A DNA stretch of 64,000 nucleotides from NCBI GenBank assembly GCA_025057645.1, contig JANXBJ010000011.1, forward strand, positions 24,028 to 88,027, written 5' to 3'. This DNA comes from Anaerolineales bacterium (GTDB lineage Bacteria; Chloroflexota; Anaerolineae; Anaerolineales; UBA4823). A model generated the notes under the pieces. That model did not search any database. It was given only the letters and a program-made list of their open reading frames with translations, and was not told where the DNA came from. The position numbers and the translations under genes are program-made. Shown piece by piece: positions 55,692 to 64,000 of this stretch. How positions within the stretch are numbered: position 1 is the stretch's first letter; every line of letters begins with the position of its first letter.

Positions 55692-56542
55692 CTTTGCTCT
55701 AGCCAATAGGCAAGTAGCCAAGTTAGGAAGAGAAGGATAAGCGGCTCGAGGAATCCAATTCGTTTAGCTGGATTGGATTTCAGCCAGCAGACCGTTTGGA
55801 ATAGAGCATATGCTGCCCCAAGTAAAGCTAGGCCATATGCGAGCTCCGAGATAGGCCAATAGTGGAGAGCACTTGCAAGTTGTAAAACGGGAATAGAGAT
55901 CAATAAGGCCTCAGGGAATGCCCATCCGTAGGGGAAACGCAGTCTCAAGTTGCGGAGAGAAACCAACAAGGTGGCCAGGAATAGGCTCGGCAAAAGAAGT
56001 AATAAACGAAAATAAAATATTCGAAGGAGGATGCAGAACAAGATATAGAGCAGGTAAGAGGTGGCTGTGAGGACAGAAATGGCCAGGGGGTAGCGTGAAT
56101 CAGTTGGACTAACAGCAATGTACTCGGCTACCAGCACCCCCACTAGGAAACCCGCCCCAAGGAAATAGCCGATCCAACCATACAGGTCATATTCTAGCTG
56201 ACCGGTTAGGAAACCTAGCACGAGGGCTGTGAGTAAAGGAAGTAACCAATGCTCGAGGGTGCTTTTTCGATTCCAAAGGGGGTGATTGCGGATAAGCCAG
56301 TCGGCGCCAAAGCCAGCCATCAGCGCTGCCACAACAGTCACCAACATCCTTGCGTTGATAGAGAACACAACGTATAAGTTCCAGAATTCAAAGCGTAACT
56401 CTCGCTCGGGGAGGGTGATCAGACCCGCTATAGCATAGGTGAGAATAATTGTAGCGGCGATCACGCTGAGTTGATCGGAGTTGGGTACGCAACGAGTCGC
56501 AGGCGAAACTGACGTACTATTAGAGTGAAGGGACAATGACAT
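55688..56542 (-). CDS. Hypothetical polytopic membrane protein (~8 TM)
   Basis: 284 aa, hydrophobic throughout, with no recognisable motif. Translationally coupled to the JAMM gene. Confidence 0.55.
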   Translation of the reverse strand: MSLSLHSNSTSVSPATRCVPNSDQLSVIAATIILTYAIAGLITLPERELRFEFWNLYVVFSINARMLVTVVAALMAGFGADWLIRNHPLWNRKSTLEHWLLPLLTALVLGFLTGQLEYDLYGWIGYFLGAGFLVGVLVAEYIAVSPTDSRYPLAISVLTATSYLLYILFCILLRIFYFRLLLLLPSLFLATLLVSLRNLRLRFPYGWAFPEALLISIPVLQLASALHYWPISELAYGLALLGAAYALFQTVCWLKSNPAKRIGFLEPLILLFLTWLLAYWLEQR

Positions 56543-56625
56543 GAAGACAGGACCTGAAAGAACGGCGGAATCGATGGAGAAGATTATAATACGAGAAAGT
56601 TGTTTTGATTCAGGGTAAAAGTAAA

Positions 56626-57828
56626 ATGCGCATAGGTATGCTTACTGACGTTTACAAGCCTTACGTCAGTGGGATCACGAATTATATCGAGTTAAACAAA
56701 AAGTGGTTAGAGCAAAAAGGGCATGAAGTCTTTGTTTTCACCTTTGGGGGCGAGAACTATACGGATGGAGAGGAGCGAAACATTATCCGCTCTCCTGGAC
56801 TGCCCCTTCTAGACACCGGTTACTATTTGGGTTTTCGTTACAGCAGCGAAGCCACCCGCTTGTTACGGATGATGGACATCGTTCATGTCCATCATCCCTT
56901 CCTAAGTGGTTCGTTGTCGCTGAGGTACTGTCGTCCTAGGGGGATCCCGATTGTGTTTACCAATCATACCCGATATGACTTGTATGCGCGAGCATACTTG
57001 CCCGTGCTAGGGGAATTGGTCGGAGAACCAGCTCTTGAGGCCTATTTGCCTGTGTTTTGTCGGGCTGTGGACGTAGTGATCTCTCCTTCCGATGGGATGC
57101 GCAAAGTGCTGCTTAGATTGGGAGTCAATGTCGAGATACAGGTTGTGCCCAACGGCGTTGATCTCACAGCGTTTCGCCAACCTATTCAGGCAGCTCATCG
57201 AGTCGATCTCGGCTTCGACGAACAAAATATCGTCTTGATCTACGTTGGAAGGTTAGGCCCTGAAAAGAATCTACCCTTTCTAATCCGCTGCTTTGCGGGC
57301 GTCATTCAGGCTTTTCCTCAGACTCGCTTGCTCTTGGTCGGTGACGGCCCGGAAAAAAAGACGCTTCAGGAGTTGGTTTCTCAATTAGGGATCAGTCCCT
57401 ACGTTTGCTTTACCGGAATGGTGCCTTACGAGAGGGTTTGTCAATACTTGAAAATGGCTGACGTATTCGTAACTGCTTCAGTGACCGAAGTTCATCCTTT
57501 ATCCGTGATAGAGGCTATGGCTGCCGGGCTGCCTGTTTTAGGAATCCATTCTCCCGGCATCAGCGATACGGTTTGCGATGGAGTGAGTGGGTTCTTGGTA
57601 GGAGAGGAAGATATGGTGGCTTACGCCGCAAAGATGGCGCGGATGATTTCTGACAAAGAGGAGCGACGAAGAATGGGGGAAGCCGCTCAAAAGGAGGCGG
57701 AGCGCTTTTCCATTGATCAGACCGGAGCTAGAATGCTGGAAATTTATCGGGAAGCGATTGAGAAGAAAGCCGAGAAACAACGGAGCTTCTCGGTGCGGGT
57801 GCGCCGCTTACTCGACCGAATTGGATGA
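56626..57828 (+). CDS. Family 4 (GT-B, group 1) glycosyltransferase
   Basis: 'MRIGMLTDVYKPYVSGI', 'YVGRLGPEKN', 'FVTASVTEVHPLSVIEAMAAGLPV' (EX7E region). Confidence 0.8.
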   Translation: MRIGMLTDVYKPYVSGITNYIELNKKWLEQKGHEVFVFTFGGENYTDGEERNIIRSPGLPLLDTGYYLGFRYSSEATRLLRMMDIVHVHHPFLSGSLSLRYCRPRGIPIVFTNHTRYDLYARAYLPVLGELVGEPALEAYLPVFCRAVDVVISPSDGMRKVLLRLGVNVEIQVVPNGVDLTAFRQPIQAAHRVDLGFDEQNIVLIYVGRLGPEKNLPFLIRCFAGVIQAFPQTRLLLVGDGPEKKTLQELVSQLGISPYVCFTGMVPYERVCQYLKMADVFVTASVTEVHPLSVIEAMAAGLPVLGIHSPGISDTVCDGVSGFLVGEEDMVAYAAKMARMISDKEERRRMGEAAQKEAERFSIDQTGARMLEIYREAIEKKAEKQRSFSVRVRRLLDRIG

Positions 57829-58214
57829 GTATGAAACCTTTTTCAGCTCGTGCCTTGGGCCACTGCGGGGAGGACATCGCTGCGAGGTATCTTGAAGCAA
57901 AAGGGTATCGCATCCTTGAGCGTAATTACGCTACTCGATACGGAGAAATCGATCTGGTTGCGCTCTGCTGTCTCTCTGAGGAAGGGGGACGACTGGTTTT
58001 TGTCGAGGTGAAAACCCGCCGCAACCAGCGCTGCGGGTATCCGGAAGAGAGCATTACCCCTAAGAAACTCAACCACCTGATCCTAGCATGTCAAGAGTAC
58101 CTTCAGAGTCATCAAAAGGAGGAGGTGGATTGGCAAATTGATGTGGTGGCTATCGAACTGAGTCCCGGGTCTCCGGTGCAAGTTACCCACCTTGAGAATG
58201 TTACTCTCCCCTAG
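57825..58214 (+). CDS. YraN family (UPF0102) endonuclease-like protein
   Basis: 'GEDIAARYLEAKGYRILERNY..RYGEIDLVA' and 'LVFVEVKTRR'. ATGA overlap with the upstream gene. Confidence 0.8.
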   Translation: MSMKPFSARALGHCGEDIAARYLEAKGYRILERNYATRYGEIDLVALCCLSEEGGRLVFVEVKTRRNQRCGYPEESITPKKLNHLILACQEYLQSHQKEEVDWQIDVVAIELSPGSPVQVTHLENVTLP

Positions 58215-58232
58215 AAGGGCCAGAGTTTTAGG

Positions 58233-59162
58233 ATGCCGATGGACTCTCGCAGATTGCTTGTCATCGTAGGACCGACGGGCGTGGGAAAGAGCGAGTACGC
58301 AATCCGACTTGCTCAAGCGATCGGGGGAGAGATTGTCTCGATTGACTCGCGCTATCTCTATCGAGGGATGGATATTGGAACAGCAAAACCTGATATCAGG
58401 CTGAGGCAGCTTGTGCCTCACCACCTCATCGATGTGGCCGACCCTGATGAAAGCTGGAGCCTCGCGCTCTTTCAGCAAAGAGTTTATGAGGCTTTAGAAG
58501 AGATTTTCTCGCAAAGTAAGATTCCTCTGTTGGTAGGCGGAACTGGCCAATATTACCGGGCAATCTTGGAAGGCTGGCAACCTCCACCCGTGCCACCCCG
58601 TCCGAGGTTAAGGGAATGTTTGGAGCGCTGGTTAGCTAAGCTTGAGCCTGTGGAACGACAGAAGCGGTTAGCCCTTCTGGATAAGGGAGCAGCCGAGATT
58701 ATTGATGCGCGCAACCTGAGGCGAGTGGTTCGAGCGCTAGAGGTGGTTTTTTCTACCGGCAGACCTTTTTCTTCGCAGAGAAAGGCGAGTCCTCTACCGT
58801 ATCCGCGTTTGGTCATTGGCCTAATTCTGCCCCGAGCGGAACTTTATCGTCGCTGTGACCTGCGGTTGCAGCACATGTTTGAGCAGGGATGGGTGCAGGA
58901 GGTCGAAAGTCTTTTGCGAAAAGGGTACTCTCCTAGCCTCCCCTCGTTTAGCGCTATCGGTTACCGTGAGATCGCTGCTTACCTTGCAGGCCTTCTGTCG
59001 ATGGAACAAGTTGTGACTCAGATCAGGCGACGCACGCGGGCACTAATCCGTCGTCAAGCGAACTGGTTTCGCATCGACGACCCCGATATCCATTGGTTTC
59101 ATGCCAGTGAGCAGGGGTATGACGAGATGCTAATGACTGTTTGGCGATGGCTGCGGAGTTGA
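58233..59162 (+). CDS. miaA: tRNA dimethylallyltransferase
   Basis: P-loop 'VGPTGVGKSE', 'SIDSRYLYRGMDIGTAKP', 'VPHHLIDV', 'LVGGTGQYYRA'. Confidence 0.9.
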   Translation: MPMDSRRLLVIVGPTGVGKSEYAIRLAQAIGGEIVSIDSRYLYRGMDIGTAKPDIRLRQLVPHHLIDVADPDESWSLALFQQRVYEALEEIFSQSKIPLLVGGTGQYYRAILEGWQPPPVPPRPRLRECLERWLAKLEPVERQKRLALLDKGAAEIIDARNLRRVVRALEVVFSTGRPFSSQRKASPLPYPRLVIGLILPRAELYRRCDLRLQHMFEQGWVQEVESLLRKGYSPSLPSFSAIGYREIAAYLAGLLSMEQVVTQIRRRTRALIRRQANWFRIDDPDIHWFHASEQGYDEMLMTVWRWLRS

Positions 59163-59172
59163 AGACCGACAA

Positions 59173-61896
59173 ATGAACGTGGCCTCCCTAGGCGTTCTCC
59201 TGCTTCTCTTGCTGGTTGTAGCCCTATACTCTTCTGCTTGCTGGGTGGAGCGCAAAAAGCTCCTAGAGGGTTGCAGAGTTTTGAGAGGGCAGCTAAGAGA
59301 GGCTGGGAGAAGACTGCACCAGTTCCAAAATCTGCGTTCCAAACTTGAGTGTTATCAAGGCGAGCCCTTTGTGACCAGTCTTTTGGAGATGGAGGGTGAA
59401 TTTGAGCATCTCAAGCGTGAACTTGAGTCCGCTTTTCGACAGTATACCTCTCTTGTACGGCGGGTGAACCACCTCAGAGGGCCTCAGCTCCGAGACATTC
59501 GCAGAAAGTGGAATTTGCCCTTTCTCCGTGCTTTGCGAACGAGCTGTGTCGAAATGATTGAGAACAGTCGACTTTTAGGGATGAGGATCGAGCAGCTAGA
59601 GATGCGCTTGGACCAAGTGAAAGAACTCCCCTGGTCCATGGCCTTACAAGTTCGGGAGGTGTTTGCTCATCTACAGGAAGTAGATGCTTTGCTCAAAGAC
59701 TTGGTTACGCTGGGTGTGCGTGGAGAGGAATTCGACCGTCTTTTCTCCCGAGCTCGTGGAATCGAGGACGATCTTCGCGCTGTTCCGGTCTACTTTTTCT
59801 CTGACTCGCGCGAGGAGCTGCTCAAGAGGGCAGAGCAAGAAAAGGTGCAAAGACTTTATCAGATAGTTCAATCCGATCTGCCCGAAATCATCGAGATTCT
59901 CCGCCAAGCTGACCGTTGGAAAAACCGCTTTCTCTCCTTGGAAAACCAGGTTAAGCTAGCCGAGGACGAGCTGCAGAGAGTGCATCTGCTGCTTGCCCAT
60001 TTCCCAGAAGAGGTCGATCTCTCTGCGGAGAAAAGAACTGTGGAGGAATGGAGAGAGCGCTTGATGGAGCTTTATCAGAAAGGCAGGGATCTGCCTCCGG
60101 ATAAGATTTCAGCTTTGGCGGGGGAGATAAGCGCTCTAATCCACGGGATTCAATCGACACAACGGAAATTGCGCCAGGGCCGCCAGAAGGTCCACCAATT
60201 CCAGCGTCTCCAGAATTCTGTAGCTGAGTTGGCGGTTCAAATTCAGCAACGCCTTGAAGCGCTTGCCCGAGCTGCGTTAAGGGTTGAGTGGGATATAAGC
60301 GGTGAGCGATATCGCCAAGCTTTTGAGAAGTTCTGCGCCTTGCAAGCAGTGCCTAAGCCCTACTCTCTAACAGAGTTAGAGAGGTATTGCCTAGAAGCCT
60401 GGGCCCTTCAAGATGTGTTCCTAGAGCTCCAGCGTCACACAAGAGGTGTGGAGAGCAACTATCACCTTTGCGAAAGGATTTACACCAGCCAGGAGATCCG
60501 AACGTATAAGCAATGGATTCAAGAGGCAAGAAAGTTAGCTGAGGAAATTCGACCCTACGATCCCCGTAACTTCCCTAATCGCGATCTGGTCTCGAGCTTT
60601 GGTCAGCAAATCCAAGAGGTGGAAGCGAAGCTCGAGGGCCTAAAAGAATGGATTCAAGCAGAAGTCCTTCTCGAGAGCTCGCTTGGGGAGGTCGCCCGCG
60701 CTCTGGAGGAGATTTATCGTCAGGTAACGACATTGCGAGAGCGCATAAGCCTGATCGACCAGGTGTATCAGCACTTAGTCAATCTGGAGAAAGAGAACTG
60801 GGCTCTCCTAAAGGTTGCCCGCAATCAGTTCGCTCAGGTAACACACCTCGTCCTAGCCCAGCCCCTGCTAGCAGATAAGGTGGAAAAAGAGGTTATCCAA
60901 TTGGATCGAAGGTTCGACCTTTGTGAAACTGTGTTCCACCAACGTAGTAAAGATACGGTCCTACGCAAGCAAGCAAAGCTTCATCGGTTGATTGCGGACC
61001 TTGAACAAGCTGCGAATCGATGGCTTTCAATTGTAGAAAGCGATTGCATAAGGCTCTTAGATGATATAGAAAAGAGGGTCGTTCAGTTAGGTCAAATAGC
61101 TCACTTTGAGGATCCCCTGATCGATCGGGCTCGCGAACTGCTTGCGAGAGGGGAGGAGTTTCTGAACCTCCGAACTGCTCGAGCTCATATGCCGTTGGAT
61201 CAGATTGTCGGTGTGATGAAAAAGGTCTTTGACGCTTGGCAAGAAAGCTTTGCCGTGAGTAGGCAATTGGCGGAGCAAATCGAGTCGCCTCTATCTTCCC
61301 TCTATCAGGAGTTTCAAAGCTTACGCCAAAATGTTCGGGCGAAATTTTTGAAATTGGAGAGTCTAATCCCTGTGCAAAGGAAATGGCCGCCCAATTCCTT
61401 GCTCCTCACGGTCGAGAGAAACGAAATAGTTCAGTTAGAAGAGAAGTGGAGAAACCTTCAGGATAACCCCGGATCGGTGATCCAATTTATCGGAAGCTTG
61501 AGCGAGATGATCGCCAGTCACCGCGGCCTACTGGAAAAACTGCTTCAATATGAGCAGTGGGCGCTACAAGAGCAGAGTCGAATCGAGCGTATTGAGGCAG
61601 AAATATACCGCCTCGACCGATTGTGGGAAATCCAACAACGCCGTTTTCGGCAAGTACCCGAGATTGAGGGACAAATTCAAAAGTTACGTCAGGAAGTCAA
61701 TCAAGAACTCTCCTCATTGCGTCAGTACTGGCTTACGAATGCGAGTCGGCGGCCTCCCTCGGTAGATTACGATATTGTGCTGAGAAGGTTAATTGAACTC
61801 TCACGTTCTTTTGCTAACGCCAAGGTATATTGGATCAACGAGCAGGGTCAACAGGAAGTAATGGATATCAATGGTCAGATTCTTCAGAAAGGATAA
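59173..61896 (+). CDS. Membrane-anchored, predominantly coiled-coil protein (907 aa), function unknown
   Basis: N-terminal TM 'LGVLLLLLLVVALYSSACW'. The rest is rich in E/L/R/Q heptad-like helical sequence with no enzymatic motifs. Confidence 0.6.
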   Translation: MNVASLGVLLLLLLVVALYSSACWVERKKLLEGCRVLRGQLREAGRRLHQFQNLRSKLECYQGEPFVTSLLEMEGEFEHLKRELESAFRQYTSLVRRVNHLRGPQLRDIRRKWNLPFLRALRTSCVEMIENSRLLGMRIEQLEMRLDQVKELPWSMALQVREVFAHLQEVDALLKDLVTLGVRGEEFDRLFSRARGIEDDLRAVPVYFFSDSREELLKRAEQEKVQRLYQIVQSDLPEIIEILRQADRWKNRFLSLENQVKLAEDELQRVHLLLAHFPEEVDLSAEKRTVEEWRERLMELYQKGRDLPPDKISALAGEISALIHGIQSTQRKLRQGRQKVHQFQRLQNSVAELAVQIQQRLEALARAALRVEWDISGERYRQAFEKFCALQAVPKPYSLTELERYCLEAWALQDVFLELQRHTRGVESNYHLCERIYTSQEIRTYKQWIQEARKLAEEIRPYDPRNFPNRDLVSSFGQQIQEVEAKLEGLKEWIQAEVLLESSLGEVARALEEIYRQVTTLRERISLIDQVYQHLVNLEKENWALLKVARNQFAQVTHLVLAQPLLADKVEKEVIQLDRRFDLCETVFHQRSKDTVLRKQAKLHRLIADLEQAANRWLSIVESDCIRLLDDIEKRVVQLGQIAHFEDPLIDRARELLARGEEFLNLRTARAHMPLDQIVGVMKKVFDAWQESFAVSRQLAEQIESPLSSLYQEFQSLRQNVRAKFLKLESLIPVQRKWPPNSLLLTVERNEIVQLEEKWRNLQDNPGSVIQFIGSLSEMIASHRGLLEKLLQYEQWALQEQSRIERIEAEIYRLDRLWEIQQRRFRQVPEIEGQIQKLRQEVNQELSSLRQYWLTNASRRPPSVDYDIVLRRLIELSRSFANAKVYWINEQGQQEVMDINGQILQKG

Positions 61897-61911
61897 GGAT
61901 CGAGGAAATCG

Positions 61912-62979
61912 ATGGAGCGTAAGAAGCGCATCGCTGTCCTAGCAAACCTAAAGAAAAACGCCCCGAGGCTTGAGGGCTTGCCCTCCGACCAGTGGGATGA
62001 TTTGGACTCAGAGAAAACAGTTCAAGCAATTGTTGAGGCAATTCGGGTGGCAGGCCATGAGTGCGAATTTCTGGAGGGCAACATTACGCTTGTCGATACA
62101 GTGCGCAAATATAAGCCGGATTTATGTTTCAACATCTGCGAAGGTCACTTCGGCGATGCACGCGAGGCGCAGGTGCCGGCTCTTCTGGAGATGCTCCGCA
62201 TCCCCTATACGGGTTCTAAAGTCTTAACTCTGGCGCTAACCCTAGATAAACCCATGACAAAGAGAATTCTGGTTTATCATGACTTGCCCACCCCCCCTTT
62301 TCAGGTTTTCGAAGATCCTAACGAACCGCTAAGCCCGGACTTAACGTTCCCTCTCTTCGTGAAGCCCAGTCGCGAGGGAACCGGGATTGGGGTCTCCGAG
62401 AAATCGATCGTCTCCAATCTAGCGGAGCTAAGGCAGCAAGTCGAAAGGATTCTCATCCACTATCGACAGCCGGCATTGGTTGAGCGGTATATTGAGGGCA
62501 GAGAAGTTACTGTGGGCGTGGTCGGGAATCTGAAACCTCCTGCGGCGCGCCGCCTGCCCGAAGACGAGAATTCGCCTAGGATTCAAGCCGGTCTGTTGTT
62601 TTTGCCCCCTTTGGAAGTGGACCTAAAACCTTTTGAACACAGCGATGTCGTCTATAGCAATCGCCTGAAAGTCGATCTGGCCGATCAGCTAAACTACCTT
62701 TGCCCCGCTCCGCTTGAAGAGAGAATGGTCCGAGAGTTGAATTGGTATACGGCGGCGGTGTTTCGAGTGACCGGAGCACTAGATGTCGCAAGGGTGGATT
62801 TTCGCCTGGCGCAAGACGAGGATTGGAAGCCGTATATTCTTGAGATCAATCCTTTGCCCGGTTTGTCGCCGGGAGTCTCGGATTTGGTCATCGAAGCTGC
62901 GGCGTTGGGAATCAGCCACACCGAGCTGATTAATATGATCTTAGAGACAGCTATGCGTCGATATGGGATGTTGCCCTAA
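61912..62979 (+). CDS. ATP-grasp protein of the D-alanine--D-alanine ligase family
   Basis: 'FNICEGHFGDAREAQVPALLEMLRIPYTGS', 'FVKPSREGTGIGV', 'VERYIEGREVTVGV', 'ARVDFRL...ILEINPLPGL'. Confidence 0.75.
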   Translation: MERKKRIAVLANLKKNAPRLEGLPSDQWDDLDSEKTVQAIVEAIRVAGHECEFLEGNITLVDTVRKYKPDLCFNICEGHFGDAREAQVPALLEMLRIPYTGSKVLTLALTLDKPMTKRILVYHDLPTPPFQVFEDPNEPLSPDLTFPLFVKPSREGTGIGVSEKSIVSNLAELRQQVERILIHYRQPALVERYIEGREVTVGVVGNLKPPAARRLPEDENSPRIQAGLLFLPPLEVDLKPFEHSDVVYSNRLKVDLADQLNYLCPAPLEERMVRELNWYTAAVFRVTGALDVARVDFRLAQDEDWKPYILEINPLPGLSPGVSDLVIEAAALGISHTELINMILETAMRRYGMLP

Positions 62980-63004
62980 GAAACCCGGATCTCCAAAAGG
63001 CTCC

Positions 63005-63033
63005 TTGACCAAAGCGTTTTTTTCTTATATAAT
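63005..63033 (+). promoter_or_regulatory. Promoter upstream of rpoB
   Basis: TTGACC (63005-63010), a 17-nt spacer, TATAAT (63028-63033). This leaves a ~130-nt leader containing the small hairpin cccgct-ggaa-gcggg. Confidence 0.6.
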
Positions 63034-63168
63034 ACACGTTTGTCTATCGGATAAATTTATTGTGCGCTTTGACTGGTGAACGGCCTTTATTCAGTTTGAG
63101 TAGAGTTCCCGCTGGAAGCGGGGGTGTTGTTGTTTAACGAGAAAGTCGATCGGGATCAGGAGTAATTT

Positions 63169-64000
63169 ATGGCTGCGTTGCCTACCAAGTCTTACGCTCG
63201 GATTGATGTAAAGTTGGAACTTCCCACCCTAATCGAGGTGCAGCTTGAGTCTTTCCGTCGCCTCAAAGAGGAAGGCTTGGCCGACTTGTTTCACGAGCTT
63301 TCTCCGATTGAGTCCTACAACAAGGGAATGCGTTTGCATTTCCCCAGTCGCAGCAAAATATCTGCCGAATGGGGATTGAAATATTGGTTCGGAAAGCCGA
63401 AACACTCGATAGAAGAATGCGTGGAAAAAGACCTAACCTATTCTAGTCCCCTTTATGTCAGTGTTTTGTTGGAGGGCCCAGAAGTTCGCGAGCCGATTAA
63501 GCAGGATATCTTTCTGGGGGACTTTCCGGAGATGACTGAGAAGGGGACGTTCATTATCAACGGCACGGAACGCGTGGTTGTCTCCCAGCTCATTCGCTCG
63601 CCGGGGGTGTATTTTGAAGCCATTCCGGATCGCACGACCGGGCGACGCTTGGCAATGGCTAAGCTAATTCCGGATCGGGGGGCTTGGATGGAATTTGAAA
63701 CGCGCAAGAGCGATTATCTTACCTTGCGCTTCAATCGGAAACGTACCGTGCCAGTGACGATTTTTCTGCGCGCTCTGGCAGCTGTGAAGGATGCTAATAT
63801 CGGTGTGCCTTCGCCCATTGAAAAGGGCACAGATGAAGAGATCCTCAACCTCTTTGCCCATGTAGATAACAACCCCGACCGGTTGTATATCCCTTCTACA
63901 TTCGCCCAGGAGCCCGAATGGGATCTTTCGCACGGGATGACGATTGCTGAAGCTGCTTTGCTCGAATTTTTCAAGCGGATGCGACCGGGAGATCCTGCAA
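63169..64000 (+). CDS. rpoB: DNA-directed RNA polymerase beta subunit, 5' part (runs off the window)
   Basis: ATG at 63169 with an AGGAG SD. The translation 'LPTLIEVQLESFRRL...', 'FLGDFPEMTEKGTFIINGTERVVVSQLIRSPGVYF' is a canonical RpoB N-terminus. It is absent from the ORF track because there is no stop before 64000. Confidence 0.92.
   Translation, partial: MAALPTKSYARIDVKLELPTLIEVQLESFRRLKEEGLADLFHELSPIESYNKGMRLHFPSRSKISAEWGLKYWFGKPKHSIEECVEKDLTYSSPLYVSVLLEGPEVREPIKQDIFLGDFPEMTEKGTFIINGTERVVVSQLIRSPGVYFEAIPDRTTGRRLAMAKLIPDRGAWMEFETRKSDYLTLRFNRKRTVPVTIFLRALAAVKDANIGVPSPIEKGTDEEILNLFAHVDNNPDRLYIPSTFAQEPEWDLSHGMTIAEAALLEFFKRMRPGDPA

Overview
This is a 64-kb, gene-dense bacterial chromosomal window. 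I call about 55 protein genes, 2 tRNAs and 1 T-box leader. I saw no rRNA, CRISPR array, transposase or integrase. Most genes are housekeeping: Mrp/ApbC, korAB, fbp, upp, ruvB, queA, pdp, fmt, psuKG, alaS, ruvX, mltG, gpmA, mutS, valS, plsY, miaA and the 5' end of rpoB. Many neighbouring genes overlap by 1-4 nt (ATGA, TTGA or TGATG), which suggests translational coupling. The T-box, the Pro/Thr-rich secreted proteins and the general gene content suggest a Chloroflexota/Anaerolineae-like organism, but this is a low-confidence inference. The most interesting locus is 6588-10802 (the coupled downstream PpsR-like gene runs to 11632). A near-consensus promoter and strong SD precede a 71-aa ORF that ends in ...LYLGWR. 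Its stop overlaps the start of a polyprenyl-synthase-fold gene, which is followed by a ~10-TM histidine kinase with a PDZ-like outer loop. This architecture recalls the Bacillus ComX/ComQ/ComP prenylated-peptide quorum-sensing system. It differs in gene order, has a different kinase class, and has no adjacent response regulator. Other notable items are a 1052-aa SHMT-GcvT fusion behind a ~540-nt non-coding leader, and a Val-specific T-box that appears to control valS plus two coupled non-tRNA-synthetase genes. There is also a JAMM/MPN protease coupled to a polytopic membrane protein, a 907-aa membrane-anchored coiled-coil protein, and a 37-bp antisense overlap of two low-complexity C-terminal tails. 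All calls rest on reading the translations and motifs by eye; no database search was possible.
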